DNA of 32,000 bases from Opitutales bacterium (GCA_024407725.1 JAKSVZ010000002.1:51346-83345), one strand, 5' to 3'. Counted from the first letter of the stretch, positions 8,156 through 17,836 are shown. A program made the numbers and translations. The notes: generated from the letters alone by a model not told the origin.

Positions 8156-8434
8156 AACCTCTTAAGCCTTTTCCAGAGCGAGTTTCCTTGGTTTGTTAAT
8201 AACCCAGTGAATAAATAAGGATAAAAAGGTCAACAAAGGTAAATTGCTCATTTTTGTTCACCAAAAACCCCTTTCATTCTCAACTTATTCACACTGTAGT
8301 ATTCAAGTCTACAAGCGGTTTTGTGTCAATTTTTAGCACTTATTCGCCTGTATAATAAGAATAATAAATAAAACAATTTATTTTCATATAATAAAGCTTT
8401 GCAATATCATTCCCAAAATCACTAGATTATACAA

Positions 8435-9346
8435 ATGAATGATGCATTAACGAACGCTACAGAAAACTATTGGCATGCGTTGTTGCAAGCCTGTGGGGAA
8501 GATAGTAGCCGCGAGGGATTGGTAAAAACCCCGCAACGTTTTTTAAATGCCTTTGAGGAATTAACTTCGGGTTATCATCATACCTTGGAGGAAGTGGTTA
8601 ATGATGCTTTGTTTCCCTGTACCAACTCCAATCCTATTTACATACAAGATATTCCATTTTTTTCGCTGTGTGAGCATCACGTATTGCCTTTTTATGGTAC
8701 CTGCGCGGTAGCTTACATCCCGAATGGTACGGTTTTAGGGTTATCTAAGGTTTACCGCATTATTGCCTTATATGCTCAACGCTTACAGCTGCAGGAACAA
8801 TTAACGCAACAGATTGGTGAGGCTATTCAATCCGTTACGCATGCTAAAGGTGTACAGGTGGATATGCACGGAACCCATTTGTGTGTAGCGATGCGGGGGG
8901 TTAAGCAATCGCAATCGTTCATGCATACCCATTATCAGAACGGAGAAGCCATTCCGCCTTCCACTCAACAGGCTGCATCCGAACCTACCTGTTCCCTTTA
9001 TTGTACCTCTCAATGGATTCCGTTATTCATTGGGTGCACCGAAGGAGAACAAAAGCAGCCGACTCCCATTCAGCTAAGCCTGCAATTACGTATGCCGGTG
9101 GATTATGGTACCCGCAAAGACGATTTAAGCACCACGGTGGATTATGATGCCTTGATGACGGGGATTAAGCAGGAATGTTTGAACCAACGCTTTCAGTTGA
9201 TTGAATTTGCGGGTCAAACCATCTATCAATGGGTTCATGAGTATTTAGCGCGCCATTATCAAGATATGCCGATAAAAATTACGTTACAGAAGCGTTTGTC
9301 GCACGAATGGTTACAGGATAGTCAATTTGCTATAGGAGATTTTTAA
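8435..9346 (+). CDS. folE: Bifunctional fusion: GTP cyclohydrolase I (FolE, about aa 1-175) plus dihydroneopterin aldolase-like domain (FolB, about aa 186-303)
   Basis: N-terminal part: LVKTPQRF, zinc/catalytic CEHH, LGLSK, QERLT-like QEQLTQQI and [10 protein letters not shown]-terminal part: [20 protein letters not shown] followed by [12 protein letters not shown] and [15 protein letters not shown], matching the FolB pattern (iGv..wE...Q.l.vdl.l; DDl..tvdY; f.LiE.la..ia). One uninterrupted 303-aa frame. Confidence 0.8.
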   Translation: MNDALTNATENYWHALLQACGEDSSREGLVKTPQRFLNAFEELTSGYHHTLEEVVNDALFPCTNSNPIYIQDIPFFSLCEHHVLPFYGTCAVAYIPNGTVLGLSKVYRIIALYAQRLQLQEQLTQQIGEAIQSVTHAKGVQVDMHGTHLCVAMRGVKQSQSFMHTHYQNGEAIPPSTQQAASEPTCSLYCTSQWIPLFIGCTEGEQKQPTPIQLSLQLRMPVDYGTRKDDLSTTVDYDALMTGIKQECLNQRFQLIEFAGQTIYQWVHEYLARHYQDMPIKITLQKRLSHEWLQDSQFAIGDF

Positions 9347-9353
9347 ACCTGTA

Positions 9354-10562
9354 ATGAATCGGTGGGCACAGTGGGTTTATTATCGCTTGCAATCGCTGCA
9401 ACAAGACCGTTTGGATTGCGATTGGGTCAATCCCATTATCATGCTGATTTTAAGCGCCATTGGGCTTGCCTTAATCTATTCCGTGCAACTGGATGTCGAG
9501 GCTCATGCTAAGTGGCACCAACAGCTTTTGTGGATCTTAGTTGGTTTATGTGTCTATGGGGTGACCGCGCGTATTCATTATAAATTCTTTTTTCAAAACG
9601 CTCATTGGTTATACCTGTTGTCCATTCTTGCTTTGTGCGCTTTATGGACCCCATTGGGAAAAAGTATTGGGGGTAGCCGCCGCTGGATTCATTGCGGAGC
9701 ATTTGCCGTACAACCGTCCAATTTTGGTACCCTAGCGGCTCTGTTAATGTGCGTTAATCACTTAGCCCGTATGCAGTTTGTCTCCTTAAAAGATCATATG
9801 GAAGGCATCCTTTATACTGCTGTTATTGGCGGAATTCCTTGCTTGTTAATCTTTATTCAACCCGATTTTGGTTCAGCCATTCTAATTCCAATGGTACTCA
9901 TTGGTTTATGGTTTGTTGCGAATATCAAACTGCGGTTCTTTGTAGGGATGATGGTGGTAAGCGTGTTGGGATTGGGAATTGTGGCTTTGGATAGCTATGC
10001 CTACAGCGCACAATTGCAGCAAAAAACGTTAAAAATTAAGCCCTTTTTGCCCTTAAAGGATTATCAGCGGAACCGCATTTTGTCGTTTGCAGCACCCAGC
10101 GTGGTGGATCCGCGAGGAGTTACGGTGGGTTGGCAGCTGAAACAATCGTTGATTGCCATTAGTTCTGGGGGTACCTCAGGGAAGGGTTGGTTGAAAAACA
10201 TGCAATCGCGGCTGGGGTTTTTACCCAAAGCTACTTCGTTGGATGACTTTATCTTTTCAGTGCTCGCAGAAGAAACCGGTTTATGGGGTACGTATTTTGT
10301 ATTTGCACTTTATGGAATTTTAATTTTGAATACTTTACGTATTGCATTAATAGCAAGGGATCTCTTTGGATACTATTTGTGTGTTGGAATCGCCCTATTG
10401 ATGTCAATGCATGTTTGGATTAACGTTGGGATGACACTAGGGATTATGCCTATTACTGGGATATCCATCCCCTTTTTGAGCTATGGTGGATCCTTTATGC
10501 TTATGTGCTTTTTTAGTCAAGGCTTAGTGCAGAGTGTGTATCGCTTCCGTTTGTCTGAATAG
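9354..10562 (+). CDS. rodA: SEDS-family peptidoglycan polymerase, RodA-like (FtsW not excluded)
   Basis: 402 aa, about 10 TM helices. Blocks YQRNRILSF..P..DPRG.. .QLKQSLIAISSGGTSGKGW, LPKA.. DFIFSVLAEETGLWG and PFLSYGGS match RodA/FtsW. Confidence 0.75.
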   Translation: MNRWAQWVYYRLQSLQQDRLDCDWVNPIIMLILSAIGLALIYSVQLDVEAHAKWHQQLLWILVGLCVYGVTARIHYKFFFQNAHWLYLLSILALCALWTPLGKSIGGSRRWIHCGAFAVQPSNFGTLAALLMCVNHLARMQFVSLKDHMEGILYTAVIGGIPCLLIFIQPDFGSAILIPMVLIGLWFVANIKLRFFVGMMVVSVLGLGIVALDSYAYSAQLQQKTLKIKPFLPLKDYQRNRILSFAAPSVVDPRGVTVGWQLKQSLIAISSGGTSGKGWLKNMQSRLGFLPKATSLDDFIFSVLAEETGLWGTYFVFALYGILILNTLRIALIARDLFGYYLCVGIALLMSMHVWINVGMTLGIMPITGISIPFLSYGGSFMLMCFFSQGLVQSVYRFRLSE

Positions 10563-10589
10563 AAACCATTAGTCTTATATGAGCCTACC

Positions 10590-12281
10590 ATGTCTGAAAG
10601 TAATCAAAAACAACTGGCAGATACTATTTGTTATCAAGTAAAACCAAAAGAAACCCCCGTAACCGTTAATAAGAAAGCGATTCAAACAGCCGCAGAACAA
10701 CGTTCGAAAGAGCAAAACCTTTTTAAGCGTATTCTTGATTTATTCAAAAGGGATAAACGCTTTACGGAAGTTTTTATCAATGGCGTATTAAGCCACAAAC
10801 GCGTTGCGGTTTCGGTTAATGGAATCCTAGAGTCGTTTGAAACCGAAACGGATCGCCAGCAACTGTTTGGATCGATTTTTAAGGGAAAAATTCAAAATCT
10901 AGAGTCAGGATTAAAGGCGGCTTTTGTTGATATTGGGCAAGAAAAGAACGCTTTTTTGCATTATTGGGATATCCTTCCTTGCCTCAATGGTGAAGGGTAC
11001 AATGAGCATAATCACGATGATGAGATTGAAATTATCAATCGAGAAGAGCGTAAATCTGCCTCATCAGCCACCATTGATATGGTACCGGAGCGCTTTCCGA
11101 TTGGTTCCGACATTATTGTGCAAGCCATCAAAAGTTGTATTGGCACCAAGGGTCCTCGGGTAACCACCCATATTACCTTGCCGGGACGTTATTTAATCCT
11201 TACGCCTTGTTCGGTTCAATGCGGTATTTCTAAAAAAATTGAGAACAAACACGAACGCGAACGCCTCAAGGGTATTTTAAAAAAATTAACGCTTCCCAAT
11301 GATATGGGGGTGATTTTCCGTACGGCGAGCAATGGGTGTCCGATGCGTCATTTAGTGCGCGATTTGCAGGTGTTATTGAACACGTGGCGTCGTATCAAAG
11401 CCAAGCTGGCGGAAGCCAAGGAACCCTGTTTGTTATACACCGAACCAACGTTGTTGGAACGGGTCGTGCGCGATGTGTTAACGGATGATGTGGATCGCGT
11501 TTTGGTTGATAACGAAGCGGATTTTGCGTTTATTACCGAGCGTGTAAAGGAGATTGCTCCGCACATGCTTAAGAAAATTAAACTGTATCGGGATTCGATT
11601 CCGATTTTTGAGCGTTTCAATGTTGAATGTCAAATTGAGCAAACCCTAGCGACCCGCGTTCCATTGCCCTCAGGCGGTGAAATTGTCATCCAAGAAACCG
11701 AAGCGTTAACAGCGGTGGATGTCAATACGTCGTCGCACAAAGGTGGGGAGAACAAAACCTTTATTTTCCAAGTTAATTTGGAAGCAGCTCGCGAGATTGT
11801 CCGTCAAATTCGTTTGCGCAACATTGGGGGGGTAACCATTGTTGACTTTGTGGATATGAAGCAGGCAAAGAGCCGCCGCTTGTTGTTTGAATTTGTTCAG
11901 AAGGAATTGGAAACCGATAAAGTACATACGCAGGTATTTCCCCTGACCCAGCTAGGGTTGATGCAAATTTCGCGTCAACGGCATACAGAGAGCTTGCATA
12001 GCCAATTATATGCCCCGTGTTGTTACTGCAACGGTGAAGGGAAACTGCAATCATTTTGGTTTTTGTGGATGAAGGTACAAACGGCGTTATGGGAACAACG
12101 GCAGAGCATACCGGAAGCCCCGTTAAGCTTTAAGGTGGTGGTGAACCCGTTAGTGAAAACCTACTGGTTAGGGCATTATCAGGATTCGATTCAAGCCATA
12201 GAGCACAAATGGTCGTTGCATTTGAATTTTAGCGAAGACGCGCAGATACATGTTGAACATTTTCGCTTAACCCGCCAATGA
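10590..12281 (+). CDS. rng: Ribonuclease G/E family endoribonuclease
   Basis: 563 aa. S1 domain (GSIFKGKIQNLESGLKAAFVDIGQEKNAFLH), then TAVDVNT, the DNase-I-like and Zn-link region (CxxCxGxG as CCYCNGEGK). Typical of Rng/CafA and the RNase E catalytic half. Confidence 0.85.
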   Translation: MSESNQKQLADTICYQVKPKETPVTVNKKAIQTAAEQRSKEQNLFKRILDLFKRDKRFTEVFINGVLSHKRVAVSVNGILESFETETDRQQLFGSIFKGKIQNLESGLKAAFVDIGQEKNAFLHYWDILPCLNGEGYNEHNHDDEIEIINREERKSASSATIDMVPERFPIGSDIIVQAIKSCIGTKGPRVTTHITLPGRYLILTPCSVQCGISKKIENKHERERLKGILKKLTLPNDMGVIFRTASNGCPMRHLVRDLQVLLNTWRRIKAKLAEAKEPCLLYTEPTLLERVVRDVLTDDVDRVLVDNEADFAFITERVKEIAPHMLKKIKLYRDSIPIFERFNVECQIEQTLATRVPLPSGGEIVIQETEALTAVDVNTSSHKGGENKTFIFQVNLEAAREIVRQIRLRNIGGVTIVDFVDMKQAKSRRLLFEFVQKELETDKVHTQVFPLTQLGLMQISRQRHTESLHSQLYAPCCYCNGEGKLQSFWFLWMKVQTALWEQRQSIPEAPLSFKVVVNPLVKTYWLGHYQDSIQAIEHKWSLHLNFSEDAQIHVEHFRLTRQ

Positions 12282-12311
12282 GCTGATAAGCGTTAAAACC
12301 ATCCAAAGCGT

Positions 12312-13097
12312 ATGATTCATCCAACAGCACAAGTTGATCCGTCGGTTACGGTACCCGAATCGACGATCATTGGTCCCTTTTGTGTCGTTGAGCGAGGCGT
12401 CCAACTAGGGCAGCAGGTTCGGTTGGATTCCCATGTGGTCTTAAAACGAGGCGTGATTTTAGAAGATCAGGTGGAGGTACATTCAGGAGCGATTGTGGGA
12501 GACGACCCGCAAATCATTCCTGCAGCTTTCGATTTCGATAGTGGCGTATCGGTTGGCGCACGTACGGTGATTCGCGAAGGGGTTACGATTCATCGCTCGT
12601 CAAAGCCGAATCAAAACACAACCATCGGTCATGATTGCCTCCTGATGGCCTTTTCACACGTTGGTCATGATTGTGAGATTGGCAATTACTGCATTCTGGT
12701 CAATCAGGTATTGTTGGCCGGTCATGTCGTTGTTCACGATTATGCGTGTTTAAGCGGCCATGTTGTTATTCACCAGTGGGTGCATATTGGCGAAAGCGCA
12801 TTTGTTTCGGGGCAATCCGCTATTACCCAAAATATTCCGCCGTTCGTTATTGCTTGGAGCCGTGATGATCTATCGGGGTTAAATTTGGTAGGGTTACAGC
12901 GGCGAGGATTTACGCATGAAGCGATTGCGGATATCAAACAGATGTATCGATGGACTTATCAATCGTTATCGGTTAAACGCAACGCCCAACAAGCGTTAAC
13001 CGAGCATAGATACACAACGGACTTTGGACGTCAATTTTTGGAGTTTTTTATAAACACGCTAGGAGACCGCGGATTTTTACATCCCCATAAGGCTTAA
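12312..13097 (+). CDS. lpxA: Acyl-ACP--UDP-N-acetylglucosamine O-acyltransferase LpxA
   Basis: 261 aa. N-terminus MIHPTAQVDPSV..IGPFCVV, left-handed beta-helix hexapeptide repeats, and a C-terminal helical domain with GLNLVGLQRRGF. The 3' end overlaps convergent murJ by 4 bp. Confidence 0.9.
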   Translation: MIHPTAQVDPSVTVPESTIIGPFCVVERGVQLGQQVRLDSHVVLKRGVILEDQVEVHSGAIVGDDPQIIPAAFDFDSGVSVGARTVIREGVTIHRSSKPNQNTTIGHDCLLMAFSHVGHDCEIGNYCILVNQVLLAGHVVVHDYACLSGHVVIHQWVHIGESAFVSGQSAITQNIPPFVIAWSRDDLSGLNLVGLQRRGFTHEAIADIKQMYRWTYQSLSVKRNAQQALTEHRYTTDFGRQFLEFFINTLGDRGFLHPHKA

Positions 13098-14617
13098 CGT
13101 TTTTTCTGTAGATAGCGGTTCCATAAGGGTTGCAGGAGCGCAAAATACTTACGTTCTAACGTTAACAATCCCAGTCCATAGATCAACAGACTTACGCTGA
13201 TAACACCCCCTAAATAAAGCGTATCATGTAGTTTATCGTAGGCCCAAGGAATTTGCCGATTAACAAAGACTAAGAATACCCCCAAAAGGATATTGCTGAT
13301 CCAAGGAACTTGCAGCAGGGATCGATAGCTAACCTTCAAATTTGGGTATTGGTGCTGGATGCTGCGGATTTGTAGCCACAGCTGTAATCCATTGCTGACG
13401 ACGGATGCCCAAACCAACCCAGGAACTTGAAAGAAGTGGGATAGCCCCAAAGCGCTGATTAAATAGACAATGAAGGTAAAAAAGCTGATTTTTACCGGAA
13501 TCATGGCTTCGTGATGGGCGTAAAAAATACGGGCGAATAGCGCGGTTAGTCCAAACAGGGGAAGTCCAATGGTAAAAATCCGCAACAGAGGAACCACCTG
13601 TTCAACCGATTGACTTGCAAAACGATTCCAGCAAAAGAACACATTAAGGATGGGGCTTGCTAAACACGCAAGGCCGATGGCTGATGGGATTAATAGCAAC
13701 TGTAGCAGTTGAATATGATTGTGGAGCAATTGGTGGGTATGCTGCGCGTCTTTTTGAGCGATGGACAACGACAGTTTTGGAAGTAGGATGGAGATGATGG
13801 AAAAGGCAAACAGGCCTAACGGAAGCTCTAGGAAACGATTAGCAAGGTATAAGAACGAAACGCTGGTTGGGTCAATAGCATAGGCAAATAACCGTCCACA
13901 AAGGGCATTGATTTGGTAAATAGCGACCCCCAAAATGCTGGGGACAAATAGATGCCATACTTCGGTAAAGCCCTCATCGGGTTCCCAACACCAGCTAAAA
14001 GGATAACCTTTGCGTTTGAGTTGCCCTTTGGGTAGAATCCATTGAAAAAATCCACCGATTACAACGCTTAACGATAGCACCATCACCCATTGCATTGGGG
14101 TAGAATATAGCCCGCAACAAGCGATACCTAGAATCATGCTCAGATTGAGTAAAATAGGCGAAAAGGCTGTGATAGCAAAGGCATTTAATACGTTTAGAGC
14201 ACCATTCAGTAAGGCTGCGGTACAAATGAACCATAGATAAGGCAGCATGAGGGTGGTTAATTCGCAAACCACATGCCATTTAGAACAGGATATGCCGCGC
14301 ATCAATAACCGTAAAAAGATACCCACGCATACCGTTGAAACGCCTAAATACACACCGAATTTGGAGAAAAAAATGTTTAAAAATTTAGCGGCTGTGATGG
14401 GATGTTGCGCATAACGTTTAGAAAACACGGGGATAAACGCAGCGCTTAAGGCTCCTTCTCCGCAGAGTCGACGAAACAGATTAGGAATAGCAAACGCAAT
14501 TAAAAATGCGGATGTTTCCATGGATGCTCCCAGCATGGAAAACAAGAGGATATCGCGCAAAAATCCTGAAATACGGGAGCAAAACGTCCCAGTAATCATT
14601 TTTAACAATGCGTGCAT
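13094..14617 (-). CDS. murJ: Lipid II flippase MurJ (MviN)
   Basis: 507 aa, about 14 TM helices. N-terminal block SRISGFLRDILLFSMLGAS and GEGALSAAFIPVF are characteristic of MurJ. The start abuts the stop of the upstream BatE-like gene with 0 nt gap. Confidence 0.9.
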   Translation of the reverse strand: MHALLKMITGTFCSRISGFLRDILLFSMLGASMETSAFLIAFAIPNLFRRLCGEGALSAAFIPVFSKRYAQHPITAAKFLNIFFSKFGVYLGVSTVCVGIFLRLLMRGISCSKWHVVCELTTLMLPYLWFICTAALLNGALNVLNAFAITAFSPILLNLSMILGIACCGLYSTPMQWVMVLSLSVVIGGFFQWILPKGQLKRKGYPFSWCWEPDEGFTEVWHLFVPSILGVAIYQINALCGRLFAYAIDPTSVSFLYLANRFLELPLGLFAFSIISILLPKLSLSIAQKDAQHTHQLLHNHIQLLQLLLIPSAIGLACLASPILNVFFCWNRFASQSVEQVVPLLRIFTIGLPLFGLTALFARIFYAHHEAMIPVKISFFTFIVYLISALGLSHFFQVPGLVWASVVSNGLQLWLQIRSIQHQYPNLKVSYRSLLQVPWISNILLGVFLVFVNRQIPWAYDKLHDTLYLGGVISVSLLIYGLGLLTLERKYFALLQPLWNRYLQKKR

Positions 14618-15340
14618 TTAGCGTAATGAAAACAAATGTTTTTTCAAAATCCAGCCATCTTCGCCGGTTAAGGTGCTGACAAAGTAGTAATCTGCCTGTT
14701 CAGCTTTAATCCAACAAAAGGTTCCTATAGGCCATTGATAACGCGTTGGGCTTTGAGTGCTGGGGGCAAAATACCCAGTGGTTTTTTCAGGCAATATGCA
14801 CAAGGAGCGATAAGGAGCGTTAACCATTATCCCCATGCTTGTAGTTAAGCCTATACCTCCGAACAGGAGAGATAATGCCAAGCAATAAGTCCGTTTGTTG
14901 CCTAAAAAATAGAGCGTTAAAAATACAGCACAGACCCAAAAAGCACCTGCAGCGATCCATCGCCAAGCGGTATCGGTTAAAAACGTAAAGGCGTTATGAT
15001 ACCAAGGGAAGGTAGGGGGATATAAATCAGGGCATTCGGTATACACCTGCTGAATGGCTTGGCGATTAGCCTGCCACCGAGGATCGCACCGTTGAGCTTT
15101 TAGCAAGTAGGCTAAGGCCCATCCGTATTGACCGTTATGGGCATAGGCCTGTCCTATATTATGGTAAACTTGAGGGCTTTGACCGAACGCCAACGCCTGT
15201 TGATAGGATTCAATCGCCTGCTTAAAGTGCTGATGACTAAAGTGTTGATTGCCAGCCTGATACGCAGCTTCGGCTTCTGACCGGTTGATGGCAGACAACA
15301 CACCCGGCAATAACAAAAGGAACAACAAATAAGGTTTCAT
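14618..15340 (-). CDS. batE: BatE-like protein (signal peptide, TPR repeats, 2 TM helices, C-terminal SH3-like domain)
   Basis: 240 aa. TPR-like segments (AYQAGNQHF..QAIESYQQAL; HNIGQAYAHNGQYGWALAYLLKA), two hydrophobic helices, and the C-terminal WIKAEQADYYFVSTLTGEDGWILKKHL. It is the last gene of the Bat order. The start overlaps the batD stop by 4 bp. Confidence 0.65.
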   Translation of the reverse strand: MKPYLLFLLLLPGVLSAINRSEAEAAYQAGNQHFSHQHFKQAIESYQQALAFGQSPQVYHNIGQAYAHNGQYGWALAYLLKAQRCDPRWQANRQAIQQVYTECPDLYPPTFPWYHNAFTFLTDTAWRWIAAGAFWVCAVFLTLYFLGNKRTYCLALSLLFGGIGLTTSMGIMVNAPYRSLCILPEKTTGYFAPSTQSPTRYQWPIGTFCWIKAEQADYYFVSTLTGEDGWILKKHLFSLR

Positions 15341-17088
15341 CGGAGGGTATGAATAAGGTTTTTGATCGCATCTAAGGAATCGGGCATAGGTACATTGTGG
15401 CGCCCAAATTGTCCTTCTTGGTACCGTTGCTCTAAGGTACGCAACAACTGGATTTGGTCGGAACTTAATTGAGTCAGTTTCCCTCCCAATGCCGCTTCTA
15501 GTGAACTTCCGTTATGGGTGAGTTCGCATTCGATAAGCGCATGGGTAGTTGCGTAAAGGACTACGCTTTGTTGCTGTTGGAACGCCTGTTGAAGGTCTTG
15601 TTCCAATTGCGCAACGTTTTGCTTATAGTGCTTGTGCGTACGATGCGTTGGTTTTTGAATGCGTTTGTACAAGCAAATACTGGTGATGAACCCTAAGGCA
15701 AGCATCAGCTGGATAGGCCAAAACCAAGCAGTATGCGGATGAATCCATTGAGGGGTTCCGAGCACATTAGGATGGTCGAATGATGAACGATGAGGCGCTA
15801 CCGGTTTGGGTTGAGGAGCTGCTTTTGTTTGAACGATGGGTTGTGCAGCAGCAACAACTGGGGTTGGTTGTGAAGCGCGAATGGCAGGTTTAACCGATAC
15901 GAATTGCCCTGCAGACTTGAGGGTTTGGTACTGCTTGGTTTCTGGGTTAAAGTAGCAAAATTCAACGGACGGCAAGGGTAAAGCGCCTTCTTTAAGCGGA
16001 ACAACCGTGTAGGTAAATTGCATTACGCCTTGGTATCCATAGTCGTCTTTTGCATCAAAGACGGCTTTGGGGTCATACGCACGCCAAACAGTTGAGTCGT
16101 AGTGTAGTTGGGGGGCTTGGATGGCTGAAAAATTCCCCTTTCCGCTAATGCTCACCCTTAACGACACAGGTTCGTTTTGAATCCGTTCGTTTTCAATGAT
16201 TTTTAAGGGTAATAGCGAAAATTGTCCTATGCCCTGTGAAAATTGCTGAGGAAGGGGTGTGGGCAACGGTAGCACTTCGACCGGAACGGATTCTGTGGTT
16301 ATCTGCAGGGGTTCTAGTTTATGAACCCCAAGGCTTTGAAACATCGAAAATGCATCGGTTGGGTCATCGAACGGATTTCTGGATTTTACCACCTTATCCA
16401 CTTGGATCACAATGGAAACTTGTAAGTTAGTTTTAGCCGGTTGAAATGCGGTTATAAGAGCCGGCCAAGTAAGCGTTAAGTAGGTTTGACCATTGATTGT
16501 GGTGGAGGATGTTTTGGGTTCATCCGGAAGCTTAAAGGCCGAAAATGCTTCGTTGGAGTGAGTCGGATAGGAGGCAATTTGACCATGAATATGCGGTTTA
16601 ATGGCTAATTGCAGGTTCATCGGATAACATTGCCCCACATACCATTTGGTTGGCATGGGATGCGTGCAACGGAATTCAATGCCTTCTTGCCGAGCTACCG
16701 GAAGGGGTTCGTCGACCGAAAAGGTGATTTCCGGAATCGTAAATGATCCTTTGCTGCCCGTACAGTGAAACGAAGGAATGACAAACGTTCCTGGTTTTTT
16801 AGGGCGTAAACGGAAATGCAGAGCTTCTTCGTGCGTTTGCTTGCCGTTAATAAACAGCGTATTGATCGATTTACCTTCGTAATAGATTTCTAGATCTTTT
16901 ACGGTTGGCAATTGGTACTGTAATTTCCCAATCGATTGATGAGCGGTAACGATTAAAAATATCGGTTGATGGAGCGCAGGACGCTCAGGTTCAATGCGCG
17001 TTGTAACCTCTAGGACTTTTTGTGTGTCTGCAAAAACAGCACATCCACAGCCGATTAACGCTAGTATCCAAACGATAATTCGTTTCAT
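15337..17088 (-). CDS. batD: BatD-like oxygen-tolerance family protein
   Basis: 583 aa. Signal peptide, a long beta-rich ectodomain, a Pro/Ala/Gln linker, one TM helix (WFWPIQLMLALGFITSICLY) and a cytoplasmic helical tail. Size, architecture and position after BatC fit BatD. Confidence 0.7.
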   Translation of the reverse strand: MKRIIVWILALIGCGCAVFADTQKVLEVTTRIEPERPALHQPIFLIVTAHQSIGKLQYQLPTVKDLEIYYEGKSINTLFINGKQTHEEALHFRLRPKKPGTFVIPSFHCTGSKGSFTIPEITFSVDEPLPVARQEGIEFRCTHPMPTKWYVGQCYPMNLQLAIKPHIHGQIASYPTHSNEAFSAFKLPDEPKTSSTTINGQTYLTLTWPALITAFQPAKTNLQVSIVIQVDKVVKSRNPFDDPTDAFSMFQSLGVHKLEPLQITTESVPVEVLPLPTPLPQQFSQGIGQFSLLPLKIIENERIQNEPVSLRVSISGKGNFSAIQAPQLHYDSTVWRAYDPKAVFDAKDDYGYQGVMQFTYTVVPLKEGALPLPSVEFCYFNPETKQYQTLKSAGQFVSVKPAIRASQPTPVVAAAQPIVQTKAAPQPKPVAPHRSSFDHPNVLGTPQWIHPHTAWFWPIQLMLALGFITSICLYKRIQKPTHRTHKHYKQNVAQLEQDLQQAFQQQQSVVLYATTHALIECELTHNGSSLEAALGGKLTQLSSDQIQLLRTLEQRYQEGQFGRHNVPMPDSLDAIKNLIHTLR

Positions 17089-17089
17089 A

Positions 17090-17836
17090 TTACCAATCTT
17101 TTAGCACGGGTTCGTGGTTTTGGGGAGCCGAAAAATGTGCAGGGAACAATTTTTCATTTTGTTGCTCTTGTTTTAGCAATAATTCACTGGTTTGCTGCTC
17201 TTCGTTGGGGCTTTGTTTTTGTTCGGCTTGATCTTCCTGAGGCGCTTGTTGAGGCTTGTTGGCCGCCGGCTCTTGAGCTTGTTCTTGCGGTTGCTGTTGC
17301 TGGTTTTGCCCCTCTTGCTGCTGCTGATTATCACGCGATGGGTTTTGTTGGTTCTTATCCGAGGTGTTTTGTTGCTGATTATCCTGCTGCTGTTGTTGCT
17401 TGCTCTGTTCCTTTTTTAACTCCTCTAATAGCTTTTGTACCGTTGAACGATTGGCCTGAGCATCTTGAGCTGTTTTATCAAACGCCAAAGCGGAATCATA
17501 GGCCTGTAAGCTTTTTTCTAGCAATGCTATCTTAGCAGGTAATTGCCCCTGTAAGGATTTTGCTTTTTCAAAATACGCATGTCCTAAGTTGTAAAAAATG
17601 TTCCCCTGCTTGTCCTTTTGCTGACACCGTTGAAGCGCTTGATGGTTCGCTGCTATGGCTTGGTCATATTGGGCGTTTTGGTCATAGGCACGTGCTAAGT
17701 TATAATGACATTTCCAGTCTTTGGGATGCGTTTGACATTGGCGCTGCAATGATTGCAGGTTCTGATCGCTCGTATCAGAAGCAGCAGCCCCTAGAGAGCA
17801 AGGCATCCATAACAGCCAATAATAATAACGTTTCAT
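17090..17836 (-). CDS. batC: BatC-like TPR protein with a glutamine-rich low-complexity C-terminal half
   Basis: 248 aa. Signal peptide and TPR repeats (YNLARAYDQNAQYDQAIAANHQAL; FYNLGHAYFEKAK), followed by about 87 residues dominated by Q/E/N/P. The start overlaps the batB stop by 4 bp. Confidence 0.7.
   Translation of the reverse strand: MKRYYYWLLWMPCSLGAAASDTSDQNLQSLQRQCQTHPKDWKCHYNLARAYDQNAQYDQAIAANHQALQRCQQKDKQGNIFYNLGHAYFEKAKSLQGQLPAKIALLEKSLQAYDSALAFDKTAQDAQANRSTVQKLLEELKKEQSKQQQQQDNQQQNTSDKNQQNPSRDNQQQQEGQNQQQQPQEQAQEPAANKPQQAPQEDQAEQKQSPNEEQQTSELLLKQEQQNEKLFPAHFSAPQNHEPVLKDW
17150..17410 (-). repeat. Low-complexity CAG/CAA (Gln)-rich coding tract inside batC
   Basis: aa 143-229 read EQSKQQQQQDNQQQNTSDKNQQNPSRDNQQQQEGQNQQQQPQEQAQE... 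The mirror strand produces Leu-rich artefact ORFs (17137-17535 and 17192-17419). Confidence 0.9.

Noticed and set aside
8156-8434. The AT-rich 279-bp divergent mnmE/folE spacer, considered as a possible oriC (gidA-linked origins are common)
   Set aside because: It has only one relaxed-consensus DnaA box (TTATTCACA, 8285-8293) and one near-miss (AGTGAATAA, about 8207-8215). Comparable hits occur by chance in coding DNA here. Two perfect TATAAT hexamers (8351-8356 and 8387-8392) suggest it is simply a divergent promoter region. Whole-replicon GC skew is needed to say more.
17137-17535. Two long plus-strand ORFs (17137-17535, 132 aa; 17192-17419, 75 aa, extremely Leu-rich) lying opposite batC
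   Set aside because: They are the mirror image of the CAA/CAG-rich tract in batC: CTG/TTG codons give poly-Leu. They have no start context or recognisable domains and lie entirely within a well-supported gene.
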